This document shows, one piece after another, positions 54,177 through 64,000 of a stretch of 64,000 nucleotides of DNA. Every line of letters begins with the position of its first letter. The stretch's first letter is position 1. The notes under the pieces are model-generated. The model saw only the letters and a program-made list of their open reading frames with translations, was not told the origin of the DNA and did no database searches. The stretch covers positions 12,674,850 to 12,738,849 of the forward strand of contig NC_134029.1 of NCBI RefSeq assembly GCF_964204645.1, written 5' to 3'. This DNA comes from Tubulanus polymorphus (lineage: Eukaryota > Animalia > Nemertea). The translations under genes were made by a program, and so were the position numbers.

Positions 54177-55283
54177 ATGGATTAAAATAAGATAAAAAAA
54201 GAACAATATTTAAGAGAGTTATATTATAACCCAGAAAGTGAAGTATAATATTCTAGCGTTTCAGAATTATGGGATAAAATTAAATCCAATAAAGAAAATG
54301 GTGATATAAAATATAGTGAATTAAAATTATGGTTACAAAATCAACCAACATATCAAATCCAAAAGAAAATGGATAAAACTTATTTAACAAGAAAAGTTAT
54401 GGTTTCATATATCGATCAACAATGGCAAGCAGATTTAATTGACATGAAGAACTTAGAAGAATACAACAAAGGATATTTCTGGATATTAAATGTTATAGAT
54501 ATATTCAGTAGATACGCATGGTCAATTCCAATCAAAAATAAAACTGGTATAGAAGTTACAAATGCTTTTAAATCAATATTTAAAGAAGCTATTCCAGATA
54601 AGATACAATTTGATAAAAGGTAAGGAATTCTATAATAAACATTTAAAAAAACCATTATCTGATAACGATGAAGATTATTTTTCAACACACTCAGATAAAA
54701 AAGCATCTATTATAGAAAGATTTAATAAAACATTGTATCTAGAATGTGGAAATATTTTACTGCTAATGAAACATATAAATATATCGATGTATTAGATTAT
54801 TTAGTGAAAGGTTATAATAATTCTAAACATAGTTCTATAAATATGAAACCTATACAAGCTAGAAAGGAAGAAAATTCAGAAATAGTTTGGAATAATTTAT
54901 ATGGCGCATTTGTTACACATGATTTTGGAGAACCTAAATTTAAAATAGGAAAACATATTAGAACATCTAAATATAGAAAAACATTTTACAAAGGTTATAC
55001 TCCAAACTTTACCGAAGACATATTTAAGATTAAAAAGATAATATAAACTAAACCTTTTGTTTATAAATTAGAAGATTTAAAAGATGAAGAAATATTAGGT
55101 TATTTCTATGGACAAGAATCATCACTTGTACCAAACCCAGATGAAATAGAATACAAAATAGAAAAAGTATTGAAAACAAAAGCTCTTAAAGGAAAAAAGT
55201 ATTCTTTGTTGAAATATAAAGGGTATGATGATAAATTTAATGAATGGATTTTATCTAGTAAAATTAAAAGAATAAATGAATAA
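54177..55283 (+). pseudogene. Polinton retroviral-like (rve) integrase with C-terminal chromodomain, frameshifted
   Basis: DDE motifs QWQADLIDM, QFDKGKEF and IIERFNKTL; VIDIFSRYAW; YNNSKHSSI; chromodomain YKIEKVL...KYKGYDDKFNEWI. Confidence 0.9.
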
Positions 55284-55755
55284 AGATTTATTTATATTTG
55301 AACCGCATAATATGTTAGTTACTGGAGTAACAAACTGTGGTAAAACACATTTCATATTAGACTTGTTAGAAACTATTTATAAGAATCATTTTGATAATAT
55401 AATATTATTCTGCCCCACTTATGAAATGAATAAAACATATAATAAAAAGTTTATTATATTAGATCCTAAAACAGTAAAAGAAAATTTAGATAATTGTATA
55501 AAAATAGCAATTGATATTTATAAAGGATCAAATACATTATTCATTATAGATGATTGTGCAAATTTACATGATTCAAAAGTGAGAGAAAGTGAGCTATGTT
55601 ATCTAGCTTTCTCTGGGAGACATTTTGGGATAACAACATGGGTTTTAAATCAAACATATAATTCAATTGTTAAAGACTTTAGGGAGAATATAAGATTTCT
55701 AGTTTTATTGATGGGTTTCGTCGACAGACGAACCCATCTATGGCATCGTCGTCAT

Positions 55756-55786
<31 letters not shown>

Positions 55787-57030
55787 CGTCTGTGGATGTT
55801 TCTTTATGACACGATTTAAGCTGTTTGTGTGGACCGACAATTCTGTAATTTCACACTGGTATTCTCTACTTGATGTAGATGGTGCAGCTTGGTTTATATT
55901 TGATTCCGATGGTTATAAGTGCTCTAATTTGGTTAAAAGATAATTAACGTTACTCGCTAGTTCAAGCCGCTGTATAGCGCGTTGCTACGACGACGCTCGA
56001 TCAACATACTGGTACTCGCTGTGTAATACTGAACACGTATATACCTGTAGATATTGATCGTACTAGCACCACTTTTAGATAGCGCGCGCGCTGATCGGTC
56101 TTAACACTTCTCGGAACTGCTGTGCTAAATGCTGAGAGGCCGAATCTATGCGCAATCATTTATTGGGCTCGTCACATTTGATAGTGAATGGATAAATAAC
56201 CGGTGTCAATGACGGTCGCTACTCCCCATCAGTATAACTCATCAGTATACGAAATAATTCTTTCGAGTTTTTTTGTTCAATCCCCGAAGTTGTTGTTACT
56301 ATGTTGACCTCGCCGTTTTATAAGCTTACCGATGATTCTTCTAGTATTTTCAGGGTCACAAGACATGACGAAGTCGCAAAGTTTTGTACAAATTTCACGA
56401 AACAAACAATTATTTAGGCGGCACCTGATCTATTGATTAATTATGATAAATAATGTTTATTTCATTAAAAATTTGTTTTATTCAAACACTACTTTCATCG
56501 CACATAGCGTGATCGGTAGGCCCTACTATTCTACGGTAGGCCATGGACTCTTTCATGTGGTAGGCCTATTACAAATGATACAATCCGCGTGTCCGTGAAT
56601 AAGTGACACGTGGTGGGGTGGGTTATGAGGAGCATCGAAACTAATCCGTCACAAATAATAGATAGAAAACAATACCTTAAGAGGTTAACTTTTATTAACA
56701 TCATTACCAAATCAAAACCTGCACATCCTATCATAAATAGAAATTCTAAGAATTTATTTCAAAGAATAATAAATTACGTCTAAATATTGGGATTCGAACT
56801 CGTAGCATCGATTCAGGTGCCTTTCCCAAAGCGGGTATCCCGCGGGGAAACCCATTACTATTTATATCGAGAATCGCCTTTTTGACAGCGAGTTCGGTGA
56901 ATGAAACAGAAACAATTACACAGAAACCCATCATGGAAAGTTTCTTTCTGGTTCTACAATAAAGATAGAAAATCTATGCAACAATCATTGGAAGAAAATC
57001 AAATTATACCTACTGAATTACATGAAAAAT
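55276..57030 (+). pseudogene. A32/FtsK-like DNA packaging ATPase, interrupted by HINE-D
   Basis: Walker A GVTNCGKT, Walker B FIIDD, SGRH and LNQ; after the insert it resumes in frame as LVL-FYNKDRKSMQQSLEENQIIP at 56954. Confidence 0.9.
55708..56953 (+). mobile_element. HINE family D inserted at TT in the ATPase gene
   Basis: 5' ATGGGTTTCG hairpin, (GTCT)n(GTCC)n microsatellite, 3' subterminal IR GAAACCCAT, end CTGGTT; no TSD. Confidence 0.75.
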
Positions 57031-57609
57031 TGTCATTTATGTTATGATACGTTTAATTGTTAAATTGATTATAGAAACATTTTCATACTTGTAAAAATAA
57101 CATCATACTCCAAACAATAAAAATATGTGACTAAAAGTAGGACAAATAGTATTGGTTAGTTACATGGATGATGCATTTTTTTCCAAGAAAACTGGTACAG
57201 TAGATGAATCTGTTGAAATTGGGTCTAAAGAGTTGACTTCTGACTTAAAAAGTCTGATATTTCTGTGAATGTATGAACGACTCACATTTTGATCATGTAA
57301 TTAACTTGTAATTGATGAAGGACAAGTCCTATTATTTCTCATATCGTTGATGGAAAAATTGCCATATATGTTTAATTGTAAACTTAATTGTAAAAACATT
57401 ATCATACTTGTAAAAATATTATCAAACAATAAATATGCGCGAGTAAAAATAGCACAAAAAGTATCGGTTAGTTACATGGATGATGCATTTTTCCAAGAAA
57501 AACTAGTACAGTAGATGAATCTGATAAAATTGGGTCTAAAGACATTGACTTCTGACATAAAAAGCTGATGTATAAAGTCTTAAGTTTCATGAAATTAGGC
57601 AACTCGTAT

Positions 57610-58062
57610 ATTCACACATGGAACTTACTGTGATGTGAATTTATTTCCACACATGTAGTAGAAAATACGCATGCGAGTTCATTTTCTCATGTGTAGCTGG
57701 AAAAACTACATGTGTGGTTAGATTTTACTTGCATGGTGAAAGAATTCACAAAGTGTAAATTCAATTCCACATGTGTCGTTAGAAAATTCACATGTATGAA
57801 TTTAATTTCATATGTGTAGTTAGAAAATTCACATATGTGAATTCAATTTCACATGTGTAGTTAAAAAGTTCACATGTGTGGATTCAATTTCACATGTGTA
57901 GTTAAAAAATTCACACGTGTGAATTCGATTTCACACGTGTAGTTAAAAAGTTCACACGTGTGAATTCGATTTCACACGTGTAGTTTAAGAATTCACACAT
58001 GTAAACTCGATTTCACACGTGTTATTTCAAGATTCACACGTGTTTTTCCATTTTACATGTGT
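57610..58062. repeat. Palindrome-rich ~21/42-bp minisatellite with CACATGTG/CACACGTG cores
   Basis: Repeating TTCACACGTGTGAATTCGATTTCACACGTGTAGTTAAAAA units. Confidence 0.75.
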
Positions 58063-58097
58063 GATTTTTTCGTAAGGGTATGCAAGTATATTTTCAG

Positions 58098-61000
58098 ATC
58101 TTGTGTACATGAGTCAAACAAACCTATTGAGATTGACAGCCGAGATCAGTATGTTTTTAAGTTGAAGAGCTACGGATATCACTGGCAAATATCTTGTGAT
58201 ACTTATATTATTAACGATATACACCAACAGTTTATTATTGATAAACAGAAACACGCTGTCATTAGCAGAAGCACAGCTTTTACCGATTCGTCTGGCTTGT
58301 CTGTTCGTGCGCTTATCTGCAATTGTTCCAAAGGATTAAAAAACCAGTCATCTTTGAGAAACATCAGTGTCGAGTTGACAGGGGAATTATCGGATCGTTT
58401 TTAGGCCAGCCGTAGGCTGAGCCTATTACTATACAAATGGAGCGAATTTAAATGACATGGTTTCCACACAAAATGCTCTTTTGCTTGCCAAGTGAGGGCA
58501 TATTCGAACAAATCACGTATTTAAGCGTAATCCATTCTCGGAATCGTAGCGAGCAGAATTTTGAAATAGGGTCTCATAAAAATGTTTTCTGCATTTTTCA
58601 CGAAAGTTAAATCGGGAAAATTCCAATTTTTATCAGCTAATCAGGAAGTTGTGTCTTCCCTGTGATTGGTTTATCTGAAAATATCAGCAGCTGTTCACGT
58701 GAATTATCGCGATTTCATTACTGGCGCTTTTGCGCATGACGTCATGTATCAACACGCGACAATACTTCCGCGTTCGCTACGTGTTCGCTGATTGGCCCAT
58801 TTACTGGGAAATTCAACAGAAGCCTAATGTGGTTTGTTACAAGCGCTGTGATTGGCCCGACCCGATTCTGGCATGGCTTTAGCTTAGTGGGTTCGAATCC
58901 CTTGACGCGTGAAGATGACGGATCCTATCAATATCTATTGAAACAAATAAGTTTCCCGGTTGGGCAGCCGCGGATATCTACCGGAAGTGTTCCGGTTCGA
59001 TATTTCGAGGTTTCTTTGAATTTTGGAGTGATATTGAAATCCGGTAAATACGGCAGCGGTAGATTGTGAAAACCCATTGCATGATATTTGTATTACTTAA
59101 TCCACGAAAAGCGTCGGGGCCGCGCCAGGAGTTTTCGTGATTCAAGTAGCGCAATAGCCTACTTCTTCGTGTTCGTCCACCTCAATTTTCATTCCGCCGA
59201 TCTCTGACACGGCTCTGTCCCCGTCGGCGCTGTGATTGCACTTTCGTACCACCAAAATTTTTTATTTCTATATCAGGGAGGTCTGGAGAATAAAAAAGTC
59301 AAAATTTGGATATCACATAGGCCTGATTTCATCGAATAAGTCGACCATGGTCGTTACGTTTCCGTACTTATTACCACCTAAAACCGTCTGAACAATTTTG
59401 TCACAACCAACATTTCTTTTTCAGAAATCAGGTGTCCACGTGAACCCGCGGTATCGTCTACTGTTTTACTTCCGGGTTTTATTTTAAGATTTAAAATTGT
59501 ATTTCAAGATCGATTTCTATGAAATCTTTAGTTGATTTGGTGTTTGGGAGGAATTTTTATTTGCTCTACAGAAAATTCATCCTTGACAATTGCGCAAGGT
59601 TCGCGAAAAAAATGGTTTTACCAAATCGGGTGTATGACCTTGATATGCTAATTAGCCATGTGCCCATATTGCAAATTCAATCAAATTTTATTCTGCCAAA
59701 AAATGTTAAATACAATTCGCTTTCCGAGAGTTAATGGTATGCTGCATGGAACAAAGTTGTTTTGAGATGGGTCTTGAAGCTATTGAGGTCGAGAGATAAC
59801 CATCTAGATAGTTCGTGAGAGTTCCAAAGTTTTGAAGAGGCTTCAAGGTAATGTCTTGATATTTGGTTTATACGTGTATCTACCCTAGTCACATCTTCAG
59901 GCCAAAAACTGGCCCTGTCAGATTCAAGATGGCCGACTGGCAGCCATTGTTGTTCTCCAAAATCAGCACTTTTTACACATTTTTGAAGTTTTCGAGGGAA
60001 ATTTTGAAGACACTTTTATCAATAACCTTGATAATTCGTATATATTTGTTTCCCCCGTGGGCCCATCGGCATGAGAAAAATTGGGTCGATCGGACTCAAG
60101 ATGGCTCAAGATGGCTGTACTGTGACCTTTTTTGTTCCCAAAAATGTCAATTTTGGCCTGAATTCTGAGTACTGTAGCTTTCTAATGGTGTGCCATGTTT
60201 CATTGCAATTTGTAGTGGGTATTCTTTGGAAAGGGATCTTTTATATCCGAGAGGGTATTTTTGACCAGGCAATTACGACGCACTTGGCGGCCATTTTGGA
60301 GTCATCAGTACTCAATCGTAGGTGGAAAAAAGTTTTTCCACATCATAATTGATACTTAAGCATATTTTGCTACTATAATCAATTGAAAAGTTGTAGCTCA
60401 TGACGTTCTATGATCGAGGTGAGTTTCAAGCTCATTGGTTTTTGTTTATGGCCACCAGGGGGCGTTGAACAATACAATAACTTAGTATTTCTATATTACA
60501 TTCGTACCTATGCATATTTTGCTACCACAATCAATTGGAAAGTTGTAGCTCATGACATGGACTATGATCTTGGTGAGTTTCAAGCTCATTGGTTTTTGTA
60601 TATGGCCACCAGGGGGCGTTGAACAATACAATAACTTCGTATTTCTATATTACATTCGTTCCTGCTGTCTGTGTTAACACACGATTTTACTATGTAAATG
60701 ATATTGAGCAGGGAGTGTATATTGATAAATATAACCAACAGATTACATCATTTATAAAAAGCAAATCTGACAGGCTGGCCATTGTGCCCCTTGGGGCTCT
60801 TGTTTATTTAGACAAATCTCTAATTACTGTGATCATTGCTATGCGGTACATAGGCTATATCCCGATTGTCATGTCAAATCAGATGCAGAGGAAGAAATAA
60901 GTATTCATTGCTTGTCAAGCAAACGATTGGTTGTGTTTGTTGTTCTATCCGAAAGCAACGCTGTTATTGTATGGAACAATATGGTGAAACATTTTGTATG

Positions 61001-62260
61001 TCAAAAATGTAAATATAACCGAAATTGTGAACATATTACAAGGTTTAAGGATTGGTGTGGTGAAAATGGAAATGATTTTCCTGTGGCTGAAGTTATGGAG
61101 GCAGTCAGCATCACACCAGTAGCAGTGAATACTATTTCAAAGAATTCAATAAGATATCCGCTATCTACACTGCAACAAGAAGTTTTAAGGCATCGGCTTA
61201 TTGGAAAACCTCTTCCTGCCAAACTAGTGCCATCGCATGATGGTGAATGTAAGCATGGTAACATGTGGGATACTAGAGATCCTGTTTTGTTAGATTGGTT
61301 TTGTCAAGAACCTGTTATGATACACACTGAGAATGGGCCAACGAACCAAACATATGAAAATGGGAATATAGTAAACATTAAAGGTAAATGTTGCTATTCA
61401 TGAATAATATCAGCTGGTCATGGTGCTAGTTGTTTCTAACTTTAGCTGACCATATTATGTTAAGCGCTCTGAGCAGTTACTTGTAAACTGGATATTATGC
61501 TACACTTATTGTTATTATTATTATGCAATGTAACGTAAATTAAAAAGGTCAGTTTTCATTAGTAGGTTTCAATTATTATTTGAATTTTTTGCAGCTTATT
61601 ACAGACCTAATATTGACTGTAACTGCGAATGCAAGCTGTACTATGATGATTCTGATGATATGCTCCTCAACATAAATAACTGTGATATTGTGGATTATCG
61701 TATGCTTTTTAAGTACTTGCATCTGATGATTGAAGGGAGGAATCCCCTTTCAACTTTTTATAGGTAAATATACAGTTTATTCGACAAAAATTATAATTAT
61801 GATTTTTGTTTCCTAAGGAAGTTAAGGGAGCGTTCAAATAGTATGTACGATCAGTTCTATCATTTTTTAACCCCGCCAACTGTTTTCTTGATGAATTTTT
61901 TAAGGCAAGGCTTAAGGCATATGGGAAATATTTAGGATGAGGTTATTATATTTTTTAGGGCCATGACACGTAGTAATATGGTCACTTTAAATGTTGACAG
62001 TACACCACTTCATGTAATACAGAGAGCATGGAATGCATTTATGAGGTAAATAATATTCAATATTTGAAATTATTCCATCTCATGTTTTATGAATTGATAA
62101 ATATATTCATATATTGTAGATTACTTGATATCCAATGGAGGGAGGATTTCTGGTGTCCAATCTGCAGAGAAAATCCTGATGTGCTGGTTTGTGATGGAAT
62201 AGACTTGGGATTTCGTAAAGATTTGGGAAATATGGCAAGAGTTCAAGAACAAGATTCTGC
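58098..62260 (+). pseudogene. Spliced KDZ/Zisupton-like (HMGXB3 CxC-type) transposase gene, disrupted twice
   Basis: Phase-consistent exons 58098-58397+60804-61383, 61595-61763, 61959-62045 and 62120-62260. SWIM-like CQKC...CEH, Cys clusters (CKHGN, CNCEC), RAWNAF, and FWCPIC..PDVLVCDGIDLGFRK. Confidence 0.65.
58398..60803 (+). mobile_element. HINE family B copy carrying extra internal sequence and a family A segment
   Basis: Family B termini; family A body at ~59830-60660; removal restores LSDR-LFRQISNYCDHC. Confidence 0.75.
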
Positions 62261-62263
62261 AGT

Positions 62264-62457
62264 AGTAATAGGGGTTTAGTTGTTTCATACCAAAGGTCGA
62301 GAGGTCGAGAAATTTTCCAAATGTGAAAATAACAATAATTTCTACTTGAATTAGTCGCGTACACTCCTAATTCAAGTAGAAATTATTGTTATTTTCACAT
62401 TTGGAAAATTTATCAACCTCTCAACCTTTGATATGAAACAACTAAACCCCTATTACT
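62264..62457. repeat. Terminal palindrome with 91-bp arms, 12-nt loop and 4 mismatches
   Basis: 62264-62354 pairs with 62367-62457; loop TCGCGTACACTC. Confidence 0.92.
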
Positions 62458-62554
62458 CTATCTAATCACAAGTCTCATAATTTACAAGCCTCAACACGTT
62501 GAGTATTGCATATTACATGTTGATTCTAGAACCATCCATCTAGAAAACTACATT

Positions 62555-62870
62555 AGCCAATCACAGTTGAGTATTACTCTAGCCAATCACAGTTGAGTAT
62601 TTCCAGCCAATCACAGTTGAATATTCCCTATTACTCTATCCAATCACAGTTGAGTATTTCCAGCCAATCACAGTTGAGTATTTTACTATTAATCTATCCA
62701 ATCACAGTTGAGTATTACTCTATCCAATCACAGTTGAGTATTCCCTTACACTTGCCAATCACAAGCCTCATAATTTACAAGTCTCAACACGCAGCTGGGT
62801 TTTCCCCACTGTTGAGTAGTATAAATAGGCGGGACTCACACGTGGTTGGACTCACAGGTGGCGGGACGCG
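62555..62870 (+). promoter_or_regulatory. Candidate Pol II promoter of pPolB: CCAAT array, TATA box and GGCGGGA motifs
   Basis: About 8 tandem CCAATCACAGTTGA(G/A)TATT units, TATAAATA at ~62820, two GGCGGGAC motifs, ATG at 62920. Confidence 0.55.
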
Positions 62871-62919
62871 TTGAGAGGTAAGTGTTATGTTCAATTTTAA
62901 TAAAAAATTTGATATTAAA

Positions 62920-64000
62920 ATGGAAGCAAATAAGTACTACTGTTCAACATGTAATATCAATATAGATAAATCCCAAAAAGCAAGACACAATAGAACTAAA
63001 ACACATTTAGAGAATAAATTGAAATTAGAATATGAAGATGATATATTAGAAACTAAATTAGATGAATTAAAGAATGAAAAAGAAACTTATAAATGTGATA
63101 CATGTAATCAATCATTCAGTGATAAAAGATATTATAAAGAACATTTAAAATCTAAAAGTCATTTTAGAAATAAGAATAATGATATTTTAGGTGAAGATTA
63201 TTTTGATGAAGATAATGATAAGAAACAGAAGACAATTAAAAGCATAAAAAATAAATTAAACAATAAAAGACCATACATGGAAGATGTAAGAAATTATATT
63301 AATTCATTAGATAATAAAAAAGATATTGAGATAACCGAAGCATTTAAAAGTGATATTGGCCCAGCAGCTATCGAGTTTAAATTTCATAAAGGAAAAACAT
63401 TAGAAGAAAATAAAAAACATTTAGAAAATATGAAAGAAATAATAAAAATGATTACAGATGTTGAATATCCTAAAATAAGTATATCAGTTAAAGTAAAGTT
63501 TATAAAATCTGAAGATAAACCAATATATAATATAAATTCTCATTCACAACATATTATATCTAAACAACATATAGATGATAAATTAGATAAATGTTATAAT
63601 GAAGTAAAAACTAAAATAGAAGAGAAATATTTTGAAGGATCTGGTTTAATATTTGATGAAATAATATTTATGACTTTACATGTTTATAACACAAAATATA
63701 ATAAGTTAACTAAATCAAAACCAATAGATGAAAATAATGTATCATATTATAAAGAACCAGATATTGAAGCATCGAGTTATATCAAACTACCATTTAAAAC
63801 TAATGCTGTTATAAACGTACAAAATGAAGATAATAAATGTTTTCTATGGGCTATAATAAGTTGTATACATCCAACAGAAGATATTACACATAGTTTTAGA
63901 TTAACTCATTATAAACCATTTGAAAATAATTATAAGATAGATAAGTATCCTGTTATAATTAAAGACATCCCAAAAATAGAAAGAGATAATAATTTAAGAA
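62920..64000 (+). CDS. pPolB N-terminal part (two zinc-finger-like motifs, putative terminal-protein region, start of vOTU-like domain); open to the window end
   Basis: 360 codons without a stop: YYCSTC...H..TKTH, YKCDTC...HLKSKSH, FEGSGL, SSYIKLPFKTNAVINVQNEDNKCFLWAI; close to the copy 1 sequence at 50180-50399. Confidence 0.9.
   Translation, partial: MEANKYYCSTCNINIDKSQKARHNRTKTHLENKLKLEYEDDILETKLDELKNEKETYKCDTCNQSFSDKRYYKEHLKSKSHFRNKNNDILGEDYFDEDNDKKQKTIKSIKNKLNNKRPYMEDVRNYINSLDNKKDIEITEAFKSDIGPAAIEFKFHKGKTLEENKKHLENMKEIIKMITDVEYPKISISVKVKFIKSEDKPIYNINSHSQHIISKQHIDDKLDKCYNEVKTKIEEKYFEGSGLIFDEIIFMTLHVYNTKYNKLTKSKPIDENNVSYYKEPDIEASSYIKLPFKTNAVINVQNEDNKCFLWAIISCIHPTEDITHSFRLTHYKPFENNYKIDKYPVIIKDIPKIERDNNLR

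Larger units (their letters stand above)
62261..64000 (+). mobile_element. Polinton-like endogenous virus, copy 3, left terminus (continues beyond the window)
   Basis: Begins AGTAGT, an (AGT)n end typical of Polintons, in the middle of an exon; followed by a hairpin, tandem repeats and pPolB. Confidence 0.85.

Noticed and set aside
39145-57030. Bacterial/phage contamination or misjoined contig
   Set aside because: The genes are Polinton-type and carry host TE insertions (Kolobok MITE, HINE) plus decay, showing long residence in this genome.
62555-62765. CCAATCACAGTTGAGTATT repeats with variable short gaps as a CRISPR-like array
   Set aside because: The gaps are only a few bases and are themselves repetitive; better explained as terminal-repeat/promoter units.

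Overview
AT-rich, intron-containing animal (probably invertebrate) genomic DNA, dominated by nested mobile elements. Host gene: the last six coding exons of COPE (coatomer epsilon, + strand, 4480-20284). Its 12.4-kb intron holds an RTEX-like LINE, a Penelope-like RT, MITEs and Helentron-type non-autonomous elements (HINEs). The middle of the window has a frameshifted piggyBac transposase, a Gypsy integrase fragment and a triplicated composite repeat. The right part has a cluster of Polinton/Maverick-like endogenous viruses. (1) 39145-50399, minus strand, degraded: pPolB, putative penton, putative major capsid and several membrane proteins. (2) 50665-57030: divergent pPolB fragment, HNH nuclease, integrase-chromodomain and packaging ATPase. 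(3) From 62261: an apparently young copy with an AGTAGT end, a 91-bp-arm terminal hairpin, a CCAAT/TATA promoter and an open pPolB ORF running off the window, inserted into a spliced KDZ/Zisupton-like transposase gene. The most striking signal is a conserved T-run/spacer/TAAATG motif before the viral structural genes. It matches poxvirus late-promoter architecture although no RNA polymerase is encoded, which suggests (inference) a helper-virus-dependent, virophage-like lifestyle. All family calls come from motifs recognised by eye; no database searches were run.
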